This document shows positions 48,904 through 57,731 of a stretch of DNA of 64,000 nucleotides, one piece after another. The DNA is taken from IMG/VR virus record IMGVR_UViG_3300013132_005385, positions 1 through 64,000 of that record. The stretch is one strand, 5' to 3'. The notes under the pieces are model-generated. The model made no database searches. It was not told the origin of the DNA and saw nothing but the letters and a program-made list of their open reading frames with translations. The position numbers and the translations under genes were made by a program. The first letter of the stretch is position 1. Each line of letters opens with the position of its first letter. The stretch is from a virus.

Positions 48904-50625
48904 TTAGACGATACCACCAGTTGGCATTGAAACGTACAATGTCAAGTACATGGACTGTGGGTGGTGACCAGCCTCTACAAGCGCATATCTTGATTTGACA
49001 GCGATTTTTGGAGACATAGTACCTTCTGAGATAGTCTGGATAGATTCAGCCATCATGTAAGGCATGAATTTCAATCCTGGCTCATCATCAGCACCTTTTC
49101 TACCAACAAGCACTCTAGTGTCGTTGAAGTTCATGTTTTGATCAACATAAACGGTCATACCAGCAAGAGAACCTACAGGGTACAAAGTACCGTTGTTCTG
49201 AGTAAGAGTGTTAGTGAAAGGAGCGAAAGTGAACTGGCTGATATCTTGCAACGCAGACGCAACTTGTGAGTTGGTAACGATGAAGTTAGCAGGACCTCTT
49301 CTTCCTCTGTTAGCTACTACGTTAGCAGCTGCAAGGACTCTAGAGAACAATCTTCTTTGTAGAGTAGATTGGTTTTCGAAAGAAGTACCTGAAGGACCAG
49401 CTGGGATAGCCATTGTGAATCCAGTGTTGTCTTTTCCGATGTAAGCAGATGTAACAGAAGCACTACCAGACAACTGAAGATTAAGGTTAAGGTTTGTTCC
49501 CTCTGTGTTCTTAAACTCGTTGTGGTTTGACCAACCAAGTGCAAAAGCTCTTGAAAGGATGTGCTTGTTGATCGCCTGAGAAACCTCGTTAACGAGAGCG
49601 TTTTCGATCATAGAAACTACGTCAATACCGAATTGCTTGTTAAGGTCTTGGATTTGCTCAGTTGTTACAGAAGCAGCAACTTGGAAAGTACCAGCTTCTA
49701 CGAACTTAGTGAAAGTAGAAAGACCAAGTGACTTGTAGTAAGTGCTTTCTCCTATTCCTCTGCTCATTGGATCATAAACCTGAGTTCCGTCTACGTAAGG
49801 ACCTTGGAAATTAGCGGTATTGTTAACTCCAGCACCACTAAATCCTTGGATGTGATCTTCTAAGGTTTTAACCAATTGAGCAGCTGCAGATACGAAAGAT
49901 AATGCTGAACCTGTAGATCCAGAAGAAGCTGTAGTATCGTTATCCAGCGCGGCTCTAATTTCAGAGTTAGCAGTAACTGCATCAGCAATAGAATCGTTAT
50001 TTGTTAAAGCTGTAACTTTGAAGATAGGGAATCCGTCGATACGAGAATATCCTACGAATGCACCTTTAAGAGTTGGGTCTGTACCTGCGGTTGTTCCTGT
50101 TACGAAGATAACATATTGAGTACCAACAGTTAAAGTACCAAATACCGGAGATGCAGCAGATACTGGAACTTTGATTAAATCTGGGGAGTTCGCAGTGAAA
50201 GGTGAAGTTGTATCACTTCCTGTAAGTTTTCCACCTGCATAAACATAGTCAAGGTAGGAAAGAACTCCAGTTGGACCGCTCATAGGAATAACCGGAACGA
50301 TGTCAAAACCGATAGTTTTTGCAGCTACCTGAATAGCTAGAGGAAGAAGGGATGGGAATTTGTCGCCAGATCCAAGACCAGTTCCTGAATATGTTCCACC
50401 AGCGTAGAATCCAGCAGGACCTTGTCCAAGATTTCCGGCAGCAGTGATTGCGCCCATACCATTGAGTACGCCAAGAGAGTTATACGCTCCGGCAGACTCG
50501 TTAAGAGAGTGGAAGTGGCAGTAAGTTGAAAGCCATTCTACTTTACCTCTCTCAGTGAGACCTGTTTTGCTCTCGATTATCGGAGCCCAGGTTTCATAAA
50601 TTTCATGTTGATTAATTAGTTGCAT
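48904..50625 (-). CDS. Major capsid protein (T4 gp23-like)
   Basis: WAPIIE, DIVPVIPMSGPTG, EQIQDL..QFGIDV...LVNEVSQAINKHI, RGRRGPANFIV, FMPY, PKIAVKSRYAL; LNE cleavage site near residue 43. Confidence 0.95.
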   Translation of the reverse strand: MQLINQHEIYETWAPIIESKTGLTERGKVEWLSTYCHFHSLNESAGAYNSLGVLNGMGAITAAGNLGQGPAGFYAGGTYSGTGLGSGDKFPSLLPLAIQVAAKTIGFDIVPVIPMSGPTGVLSYLDYVYAGGKLTGSDTTSPFTANSPDLIKVPVSAASPVFGTLTVGTQYVIFVTGTTAGTDPTLKGAFVGYSRIDGFPIFKVTALTNNDSIADAVTANSEIRAALDNDTTASSGSTGSALSFVSAAAQLVKTLEDHIQGFSGAGVNNTANFQGPYVDGTQVYDPMSRGIGESTYYKSLGLSTFTKFVEAGTFQVAASVTTEQIQDLNKQFGIDVVSMIENALVNEVSQAINKHILSRAFALGWSNHNEFKNTEGTNLNLNLQLSGSASVTSAYIGKDNTGFTMAIPAGPSGTSFENQSTLQRRLFSRVLAAANVVANRGRRGPANFIVTNSQVASALQDISQFTFAPFTNTLTQNNGTLYPVGSLAGMTVYVDQNMNFNDTRVLVGRKGADDEPGLKFMPYMMAESIQTISEGTMSPKIAVKSRYALVEAGHHPQSMYLTLYVSMPTGGIV

Positions 50626-50637
50626 GATATTTTAGAG

Positions 50638-52638
50638 TTATTTTTTGAATTTCTTTTCCAATTCAGCTGCTATGTTTGTCAGATAATCTGATCCATAACC
50701 TTTAGCTGGCTGTGATTGGTTCTGAGATTCGTCTAATTTTTGAACGTTAGATGATTGGTTTCTAAATCCTCTAGTAGCCCAGAAGTTATTGATCTGATAA
50801 GGGGTTTCAAGTTTATAAAACTTGCTTTGAGCAATAACCGAAGCTTTTTGAGTTTGGTTTAAGCTTTCCCAAATTGGAACGATATCCTTTGGCATCATAT
50901 CTAGGAATTTTTCGCCAGATTTAACTTGTTCAGTTAGAGCGGATCCCATAATTTGAATTACATCCGTACCCGAATTGTAATTCTGCTCGTTTAGAGCCTT
51001 AACGACCTTGTGTTTTTCGGCCTCGTTGAGAGATAAAAATCCTTTTTTAGTCTGATCGTCGACCAGTTTTAGGAAAGAATATTTATTCTCATTTATGATC
51101 TCATCTGTTTTTTGTTTGTTAACAGATTCTATGAGTTGATCTACTTTTTCAGTTAATGAAGAGTAATCTCCAGAAAGTTTTGAGGTTCTTTTTCCTTCTT
51201 TAACAGATTCTGAAACCTCTTCAACCAAAGAATTTTCTTTGGACTTTTTACCTTTATTTAAAGATTCTGCTACATATTCAGTGAATCCTATATTAGTAGA
51301 AAGTTTTTCAGCTAAATAGTCAGAATAGGAAATAGTTCTATCAAGGTTTTCTGCGATATACTCAGAGTATGAAATGTTTTTGTCTAAGTTTTCAGCAAGA
51401 TACTCAGAGTATGAAATATTCTTATCAAGGTTTTCTGCGATATACTCAGAGTATGAAATGTTTTTGTCTAAGTTTTCAGCAAGATACTCAGTGTAGGAAA
51501 TATTTTGGTCTAAACTCTCAGCAAGATACTCAGAGTATGAAATATTTTTATCCAAGTTCTCAGCAAGGTATTTGCTATAAGAAATATTTTTATCTAAATT
51601 TTCTCCCAAATACTCAGAGTAGGAGATGTTATTATCTACGTGCTCTGCTATGTACTTAGAATACGAAATTGCCTTATCTAGGTTTTCAGCTAAATACTTG
51701 TTATATGATATGGATCCTTCTAGATTCTCAGCAAGATAATCACCATATTTAATAGCAGTTTCTAAATTTTCAGCAAGATAATCTGCGTATTTTTCTAGCT
51801 TCGCCACTCTCGCTGCTAACTTGGAATCTGTTCCTGCTTGTGAACTTTCGTTTAGTGGAGCAGTTTTTAATTTGGCAACCTGACTTTTGATACCCTCCAT
51901 TTCTTTTTTCAAAATGAGAGAATATTCATTAAGCTCTTCGGCTGTAACAAAATTTTGGTCCATATTTTTTGGTTTATTTGAGCTTTCTTTTAGTAGTTTC
52001 TCTATCTTTTCTACGTCTTTGATTCTATATATCTGAACGTTTGAATTTTTCTCCAGCCCCATGCTTTCATTGATATTGGAGAGAGACGATATAATAGAAG
52101 ATTCCATTGATCCTTGAAGAGCCTGCATTCCTAAGCTTTCATATACTCTTTCAAGTTCAGCTGCTTTTCCAAATCCGCCATCAGCAACAAGATCATAAGT
52201 AAAGATCTTTTTAATCTCTACCTTTTTATTCTCTTGTACTGATCCAGCTGCTCTGGATGAAATAGAGATAGGAATTCCTGCATCAACTAGGCTTTTAGCA
52301 ATTTTACCAGCAGGGGTATCGAGCAATTTCACTCTAATTCTTACTGTTCTGTCACCTTTGTTATATTTAAGATCCTGTACTATGTGTGAGATATTCTTAA
52401 GTGAAACATCGAATTCTTTAGGGTGATCCAATTCACCAACTAATCTTTTGGAATTAATTTTATCTTGAAGATATTCCATATGAGGAAGGTATTCTTGCTC
52501 CTCATATATTCTTCTGTTTTCGTTCTCTTTCCCAAAAACAGCAGCTACACCTTCAAGGATGTAATCTTTGCCGCTTTTTTTAGCAGTCAAATTAGAGCTT
52601 GACTTTTCGAGAATCAGTATGTAATCCTTATCTTTCAT
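50638..52638 (-). CDS. Prohead core protease (T4 gp21-like) fused to scaffold-like repeat domain
   Basis: LEGVAA..ENENRRIY, GELDHP, SH, LLDTPAG, ISSRAAGSV, TYDLVADGGF; long helical C-terminus. Confidence 0.92.
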   Translation of the reverse strand: MKDKDYILILEKSSSNLTAKKSGKDYILEGVAAVFGKENENRRIYEEQEYLPHMEYLQDKINSKRLVGELDHPKEFDVSLKNISHIVQDLKYNKGDRTVRIRVKLLDTPAGKIAKSLVDAGIPISISSRAAGSVQENKKVEIKKIFTYDLVADGGFGKAAELERVYESLGMQALQGSMESSIISSLSNINESMGLEKNSNVQIYRIKDVEKIEKLLKESSNKPKNMDQNFVTAEELNEYSLILKKEMEGIKSQVAKLKTAPLNESSQAGTDSKLAARVAKLEKYADYLAENLETAIKYGDYLAENLEGSISYNKYLAENLDKAISYSKYIAEHVDNNISYSEYLGENLDKNISYSKYLAENLDKNISYSEYLAESLDQNISYTEYLAENLDKNISYSEYIAENLDKNISYSEYLAENLDKNISYSEYIAENLDRTISYSDYLAEKLSTNIGFTEYVAESLNKGKKSKENSLVEEVSESVKEGKRTSKLSGDYSSLTEKVDQLIESVNKQKTDEIINENKYSFLKLVDDQTKKGFLSLNEAEKHKVVKALNEQNYNSGTDVIQIMGSALTEQVKSGEKFLDMMPKDIVPIWESLNQTQKASVIAQSKFYKLETPYQINNFWATRGFRNQSSNVQKLDESQNQSQPAKGYGSDYLTNIAAELEKKFKK
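51247..51792 (-). repeat. 13 x 42-bp (14-aa) coding repeat SYSEYLAENLDKNI
   Basis: Counted from translation. Confidence 0.95.
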
Positions 52639-52653
52639 TTTCTGTAATTAGAT

Positions 52654-52661
52654 TATATATC
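52654..52661 (-). promoter_or_regulatory. Putative late promoter GATATATA for protease-capsid operon
   Basis: 15 nt upstream of the protease ATG. Confidence 0.7.
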
Positions 52662-52692
52662 TTTAGATCTTTGGATTTCTTTCCTTAGATTA

Positions 52693-55083
52693 TTATTCTT
52701 CTGTTTCTTCTACTTCTCCGGATACCCCGTCAGTTAATTCTTCCATGGCCTCCGATAATTTTTCCAGATCTTCTTCCTTAAGATCCTTAATATTTTCTTC
52801 TACCTTAGAATTATTTTTATTAAGCATAGCCAATCCTTGTTTACAAGCATCCAGGGCGTTATCAAAATCTGCTGGACTGCCAGTTAAAGGATCTTTAGTT
52901 TTAAATCTAGGAAGAGCGGGAATTTCGTCCATGTCTGTTACGATATCTTTGAAGAATCCTGCTATACCTTCTTCGCCAACTATTCCCTGTATACTCGATT
53001 CTATCGATTCACCAGCATAGGTTTGAAAATTTTTCTTAATCTGACTCCATGCCGAAACTGCCTTACCGTCTCCATTGTCGGTATAAGTACCTCTACAAAG
53101 AACTAATGTAGACATTATTGCAAGGAGATCCTGTGATGATACCGTTCCTTTTAAACTGTTGGATAATCCCCTAGCCATAGCATTAACAGCAATATTTTCA
53201 ATATAGCCATTAAAGACTAAAACAGTAACCGGCTGTCTATCTGATCCTACCCATTTAGCTATTGTAGATCCACCTACAGCGCCAGAAGCGAGAGTAATAG
53301 CTCCAGCAGTAGTTCCTAAACTACCCGCTGCTCCAACTGCTCCTGCGAGACCGCTTGCCCCTAGAGAAGATGCTCCGAGTAGGGTTCCTCCAACAGGTAT
53401 AGCAATGCCAGCAGCTCCAGCAGTGACAATTACTGCACCAACTAGAATTCCAGCAACAATTGCTCCTTTAGAGAAATCCCCCCACCATTCACTCCAGCTT
53501 TCATCGTAATACACTGTATATGCACCATTTCTAACTGGCTTATATCCTTTCCAGATTATTTCCTCATTTTTCTTTTCCCCTTCCCCGCCTTCGTCTTTTT
53601 TAGCTTTGATACACTCGAGATCTATTTGTTCAGTTTCTATTGATTTATTCAAACACTCTTCAGGAATTTTATATCCTATAGTTTTGCTTTTATCCTCTTC
53701 CGCTACCAGTTTATATGACGGATTTTTTGAAATAGTTTGCGCAAATGAATCAAATCTTAGCACCGGAACTCCCTCGTTGAACTCAGCTTCAAATATTCTA
53801 TCTTTTAAATACTTATCAAATCCGATGGATTCTTTTGCTGCGCTGTCTATTGTTTTTATCTTTCTTTCGATGTCTTTTTCTTCCAGAGCCATAATGGAAT
53901 CATATCCGTCTTTGGTTAGATCTCCAACTAGACTGATGTCTTTGTTTTTATTGAGATATCCAAGAATTATATTTACACATTTGGATGTTCCCTTTCCATA
54001 TTTACCATCGGCTTTTCCTCTTGATTCTAGGAAAGTAGCAATTGCAGGAAATAACTCCATTATTTTAGTTTGAAGCTTTTGTACTTCTTCACACTTTGCT
54101 GATCCCACTCTAACAGGAAAAGTACATTTACCTGTCGGTGTTGGTGTTGGTGTTGGTTTTGTTTCGTCTTTAACTTCCGGTTTTGGAACCACAACAACAG
54201 GAATTGGCTGAGGTGTATAAGAGATCTCTGCTTTAGTTAGCAATAAATCTTTTATTCTTCTGTACTCTTTTTTCTGTCTGATTATTTCGTTAATTAATGA
54301 ATCAATCTTAACCTTATAATCTTTTCTTTTATATTGTGTTCCTCCTGCTGTAACTATCTTAAGTCCTTTCCTGTCTACCAGTTGAAGATTCTTGGCTTGA
54401 ACTAGTAGATCGTTTGCAGTTTTTTCAAATTTCTGAACCTGAGGATCCTCAGCCATTAATTTTGTGTATTTGTCTCTAGTGATTTCACCAGTGAATGCTA
54501 ATGCAGCATCCATCGCTTCTTTTGATCTATCAAAAGCAGGGCCTTCAAATTGACCAGACTCAACATTTGATTCCTCGCCTGTTTTACGATCCTGTTCGAG
54601 TATAGATGATTCTTTTATATTTGATATCTTGGTCTTCTTTAGATCGTTAGCCCTATTTTGAAGGTCAGCCTTAAAATTTCTGACCATTTCACCTATAGTT
54701 TGGCTAACTTTAGAAAATGCCTTTTCATCTTTCAGTATTGGCTCTAGAGGAATTAAATTTGATTCTATGAATTTTACGTTCTGCTCCGCATAATTTTTAT
54801 CGATCTTTCCTGATACAGCCAAGCTTTTTGCTGATTGCATTACGGAATTTTTAAACGATGCAAAATCCTTGGAAGATACAATTTTACTACCAACAAAAGA
54901 TTCAAATCCTTCCGGAGTTTTATATGCTTCCTCTTTTGAATCTAATACCATGGTGAATAGAGTACTAAGTGATGCAGTTAAATTCACTGCGGGATCCACT
55001 TTAGTGTCCTTCTCATAAAGTTTAGATGTTTTGAGCATGCTCTCAAATACTGGATTAGCCCCCTTGTAAATGTTTTGATTCAT
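52693..55083 (-). CDS. Large putative ejection protein with PG-binding-like domain and Gly/Ala-rich membrane segment
   Basis: GSAKCEEVQKLQ...ADGKYGKGT; hydrophobic GAIVAGILVGAVIVTAGAAGIAIPVGG; PT linker; N-terminus similar to 44536..46734. Confidence 0.6.
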   Translation of the reverse strand: MNQNIYKGANPVFESMLKTSKLYEKDTKVDPAVNLTASLSTLFTMVLDSKEEAYKTPEGFESFVGSKIVSSKDFASFKNSVMQSAKSLAVSGKIDKNYAEQNVKFIESNLIPLEPILKDEKAFSKVSQTIGEMVRNFKADLQNRANDLKKTKISNIKESSILEQDRKTGEESNVESGQFEGPAFDRSKEAMDAALAFTGEITRDKYTKLMAEDPQVQKFEKTANDLLVQAKNLQLVDRKGLKIVTAGGTQYKRKDYKVKIDSLINEIIRQKKEYRRIKDLLLTKAEISYTPQPIPVVVVPKPEVKDETKPTPTPTPTGKCTFPVRVGSAKCEEVQKLQTKIMELFPAIATFLESRGKADGKYGKGTSKCVNIILGYLNKNKDISLVGDLTKDGYDSIMALEEKDIERKIKTIDSAAKESIGFDKYLKDRIFEAEFNEGVPVLRFDSFAQTISKNPSYKLVAEEDKSKTIGYKIPEECLNKSIETEQIDLECIKAKKDEGGEGEKKNEEIIWKGYKPVRNGAYTVYYDESWSEWWGDFSKGAIVAGILVGAVIVTAGAAGIAIPVGGTLLGASSLGASGLAGAVGAAGSLGTTAGAITLASGAVGGSTIAKWVGSDRQPVTVLVFNGYIENIAVNAMARGLSNSLKGTVSSQDLLAIMSTLVLCRGTYTDNGDGKAVSAWSQIKKNFQTYAGESIESSIQGIVGEEGIAGFFKDIVTDMDEIPALPRFKTKDPLTGSPADFDNALDACKQGLAMLNKNNSKVEENIKDLKEEDLEKLSEAMEELTDGVSGEVEETEE

Positions 55084-55086
55084 GAT

Positions 55087-55848
55087 TTATTCATTATATA
55101 TTTTCGAATAGGCCTTAGAAATTAGATCTATTAGTTTTTCTATATATCCTTCATTCCTTAACTTTTTAAAGGCTAGATTTTCCACTGAAAATTCCCCGCT
55201 GTTAGCTAGTCCCTCTTTTCTTGATTTTAAAATTCTAGACTTTACCCTCTGCGTGTGATCATATAATTCCCTGGCTTCTTCCTCTGAGGATACTGATGTT
55301 GAAAGCTTATTTTCCAGTTCGTGTATATCATTTACGAAGCCATGAAATTTCACGTCAACGTCTCTGTAGTCTATTTGGGGATCTGTTGGTTTTGGGACTC
55401 TGATCCATTCATTACGTAGGAGTGAAAAAAGTCCAGAAGATGTGTGTGGTTCTTCTATATCCTGCACGTAAAGCTCAACGTCATGAGATCTGATAATCAC
55501 ATCATGCCTTAGATTCCAGATAAACCTCTGTCCATCTAATCCCTTTTTAACTAGTTCCACATTAGGATCTACCCTAGAAAAATCTATTAGAACGTGAATA
55601 TCAAGGTCTGAATATTTGGTCCAATTATAGTTTGCTAATGACCCCGTTAATTGTATATCAGCTATAGGAACATCGACTTTCATATCGCCAAAAAAATCTT
55701 TGGCTATTTCCAATAATTTTTTTCTTACCCCCTGGTCAAATTCGCCATCTTCAGTCCAGAAAGAAGAATTCAATTCTTTTTTATAGAATTCATCCCTGAC
55801 CTCTTCCTGTTCTATGATCCATGATTCTAATTTTGCTATATGTGACAA
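55087..55848 (-). CDS. Pol-beta superfamily nucleotidyltransferase
   Basis: LTGSLANYNWTKYSDLDIH (GS..DxD) and DVELYVQD; TTG start. Confidence 0.8.
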   Translation of the reverse strand: MSHIAKLESWIIEQEEVRDEFYKKELNSSFWTEDGEFDQGVRKKLLEIAKDFFGDMKVDVPIADIQLTGSLANYNWTKYSDLDIHVLIDFSRVDPNVELVKKGLDGQRFIWNLRHDVIIRSHDVELYVQDIEEPHTSSGLFSLLRNEWIRVPKPTDPQIDYRDVDVKFHGFVNDIHELENKLSTSVSSEEEARELYDHTQRVKSRILKSRKEGLANSGEFSVENLAFKKLRNEGYIEKLIDLISKAYSKIYNE

Positions 55849-55864
55849 TGCTGGAATTTTTTTC

Positions 55865-55872
55865 TATATATC
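55865..55872 (-). promoter_or_regulatory. Putative late promoter GATATATA
   Basis: Just after a terminator, before the nucleotidyltransferase. Confidence 0.65.
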
Positions 55873-55895
55873 CATATTGTCTAACCAAAGGCCGC

Positions 55896-55918
55896 AAAAA
55901 AAGCGGCAGAAGCCGCTT
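55896..55918 (-). terminator. Rho-independent terminator
   Basis: AAGCGGC-TTCT-GCCGCTT followed by T-tract on minus strand. Confidence 0.8.
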
Positions 55919-55939
55919 GATGTGAATACTGGGTGTAAA

Positions 55940-56638
55940 TTAAAAGCTCATTTTAAGAAAGCATTCCATCGTCACCCTTACGTCTCCCTCGCAGTATTTT
56001 TTAATTCCCTCAAAATTCTTATTGTTCCAAAATTCCCCATGTACCATTGCCCCGTTCATTTCGTCTTTAGGAGAGCTTACTCCTAGAACGCATGACATCA
56101 GATCCAGTGATGTGTATGTCTGACCCCAAGCTCCAAAGGAGAATATTTCTGCAATATCCAGAAATCCAGTTTCCCATGGTTTTTTACTCCAGACTTGAAT
56201 CAGAGACGATGGCTCTATACTATTAATTAGCATCCTTTTCCCTAGAGTGGGGATATCAAAGTTTTTGATGGTGTGTCCCCCCAGTCTCCATCCTTTTCCC
56301 CGGGAATTCTCTAACACCTTATTGGTCTTATTTAGAATATCCGACTCATCGTCAGAACAAAAAGAATTTATTCTAATGTTCATATTTTGATCAAAAGCTC
56401 CCATAGAAACACAAACGACCCTTGAGAATTCCGCATGTAGTGCTGATTTTTTAAGCCAAAATTCGTCATCGGATGAATTTTGATCCTCTGGAGAATTTTT
56501 TCTTAGCCATACGCTTCTTTTTAACCAAAGTTCGTATAGTCTTGGGTCTGATGCTTCTAGATCTCTTAATGTCTGATATGCACCCGTAGTCTCTATGTCA
56601 AAAAATAGAGTGGTTTGAAGATGTTGCTTCGTTATCAT
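55940..56638 (-). CDS. Predicted 3'-5' exonuclease related to PolB exonuclease domain
   Basis: FFDIET, LHAEFSRVVC, GHTIKNFDIP, YCEGDV (DEDDy). Confidence 0.88.
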   Translation of the reverse strand: MITKQHLQTTLFFDIETTGAYQTLRDLEASDPRLYELWLKRSVWLRKNSPEDQNSSDDEFWLKKSALHAEFSRVVCVSMGAFDQNMNIRINSFCSDDESDILNKTNKVLENSRGKGWRLGGHTIKNFDIPTLGKRMLINSIEPSSLIQVWSKKPWETGFLDIAEIFSFGAWGQTYTSLDLMSCVLGVSSPKDEMNGAMVHGEFWNNKNFEGIKKYCEGDVRVTMECFLKMSF

Positions 56639-56662
56639 TGATATATAAAATTAAAAATTACA

Positions 56663-56896
56663 ATGTCTGAATATTCTAAACTTGGATATAAAAACATATC
56701 CGCTCAAGATTCTATATCCAGGGGAGAGACTTTTGTTTCGGATACTCCTTCAGGTGATCAATTAACATATGGAAATTTTGTTAACCTTAAGAAGGTCGGA
56801 AACTGGGGAATGCCTGGACAAACTCTACAGAATATGAAAACAATAGAGGAGTTTTTAAAATCTGGAGAGATTGCGGGAAAGATAGTGGAAAAATAA
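56663..56896 (+). CDS. Small hypothetical protein with C-terminal CTS-like motif
   Basis: GATATATA at 56640-56647; NMKTIEEFLK. Confidence 0.55.
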   Translation: MSEYSKLGYKNISAQDSISRGETFVSDTPSGDQLTYGNFVNLKKVGNWGMPGQTLQNMKTIEEFLKSGEIAGKIVEK

Positions 56897-56897
56897 A

Positions 56898-57698
56898 TTA
56901 TTTTCTCCATTTTTTATCGATCCAAAATCTTCTTCCTGTCTTATCCACTATCCCAATCGCTCTATCTTTCCTTTGATAGAATTGGACCCAATCCTGGAAA
57001 GTATTCCACTTTTCTCCCTGTTGATCCTCGTAATTATACCAGTCCTTAAATTGCCCGCCTCCTAGAACATAGGCTTCCTGTGGTATTTGTTTACAGAGAT
57101 GAAAAAGCTCATCTCCATGTTTTTCTATATAGACACAAGCAGGCCAAGTGGGATCGCAATCTATTCTTCCCAGAATCTCTGCTCTAAGATAATTTCCTAT
57201 GCCATTAAACCATTTTTGATTCATGATTAGTTCTAATATTGGTTTTTTGAAATCCCTATTTGAGATGCTGGATATAATGTTACTGATAAACTCGGGATGT
57301 TCTTTAACTGGATCTGGACCTCTATCCTGACTCCAAGAATCTGACCATTTCCATCTTGCGAATCTTCTCACATCATGAAGACATAATGTTCCAGCGTTCG
57401 AAGAAAAAATTAAATGGGAGTGTTTTGGATAGATCTCGCCTGGAGCGACGAATGCCCAATTGGCTGACATTCCCATCATGAAAAACATCGAGAGATTTTT
57501 GCCTCCAAAATCAAAGGTCATTCTGAGTTCTTTTCCTCTGCTGTCAGCTTTAATCTTAAATTGTAAGTTTTCGTTGAGCGGGGAAAGATCTGTATTAGAC
57601 TTCTTTTCTTCGCTTTTTCTGGCAGATCTGTAATAGATCCCAGAGGATTTGGAGTTGATGAACTCCGACATAATTCTTATCTCTGATAGTTCGGGCAT
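56898..57698 (-). CDS. nei: Fpg/Nei-family DNA glycosylase, NEIL1-like (zincless finger)
   Basis: MPELSE catalytic N-terminus, RGKELR, GMS, DVRRFARW, H2TH NGIGNYLRAEIL, DKTGRRFW. Confidence 0.92.
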   Translation of the reverse strand: MPELSEIRIMSEFINSKSSGIYYRSARKSEEKKSNTDLSPLNENLQFKIKADSRGKELRMTFDFGGKNLSMFFMMGMSANWAFVAPGEIYPKHSHLIFSSNAGTLCLHDVRRFARWKWSDSWSQDRGPDPVKEHPEFISNIISSISNRDFKKPILELIMNQKWFNGIGNYLRAEILGRIDCDPTWPACVYIEKHGDELFHLCKQIPQEAYVLGGGQFKDWYNYEDQQGEKWNTFQDWVQFYQRKDRAIGIVDKTGRRFWIDKKWRK

Positions 57699-57731
57699 AG
57701 TAATTTTTTACCCAAATATAGATTAAAAAAA

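Noticed and set aside
51247-51792. 42-bp repeats as CRISPR or DGR template/variable repeats
   Set aside because: In-frame tandem coding repeats with mostly synonymous changes; no spacers, cas genes or reverse transcriptase in the window
11222-54073. Numerous antisense ORFs of 60-170 aa in the ORF track (e.g. 11750..12202, 41006..41518, 41693..42202, 45020..45478, 53606..54073)
   Set aside because: Overlap well-supported genes on the opposite strand and have Ser/Phe/Leu-rich shadow composition
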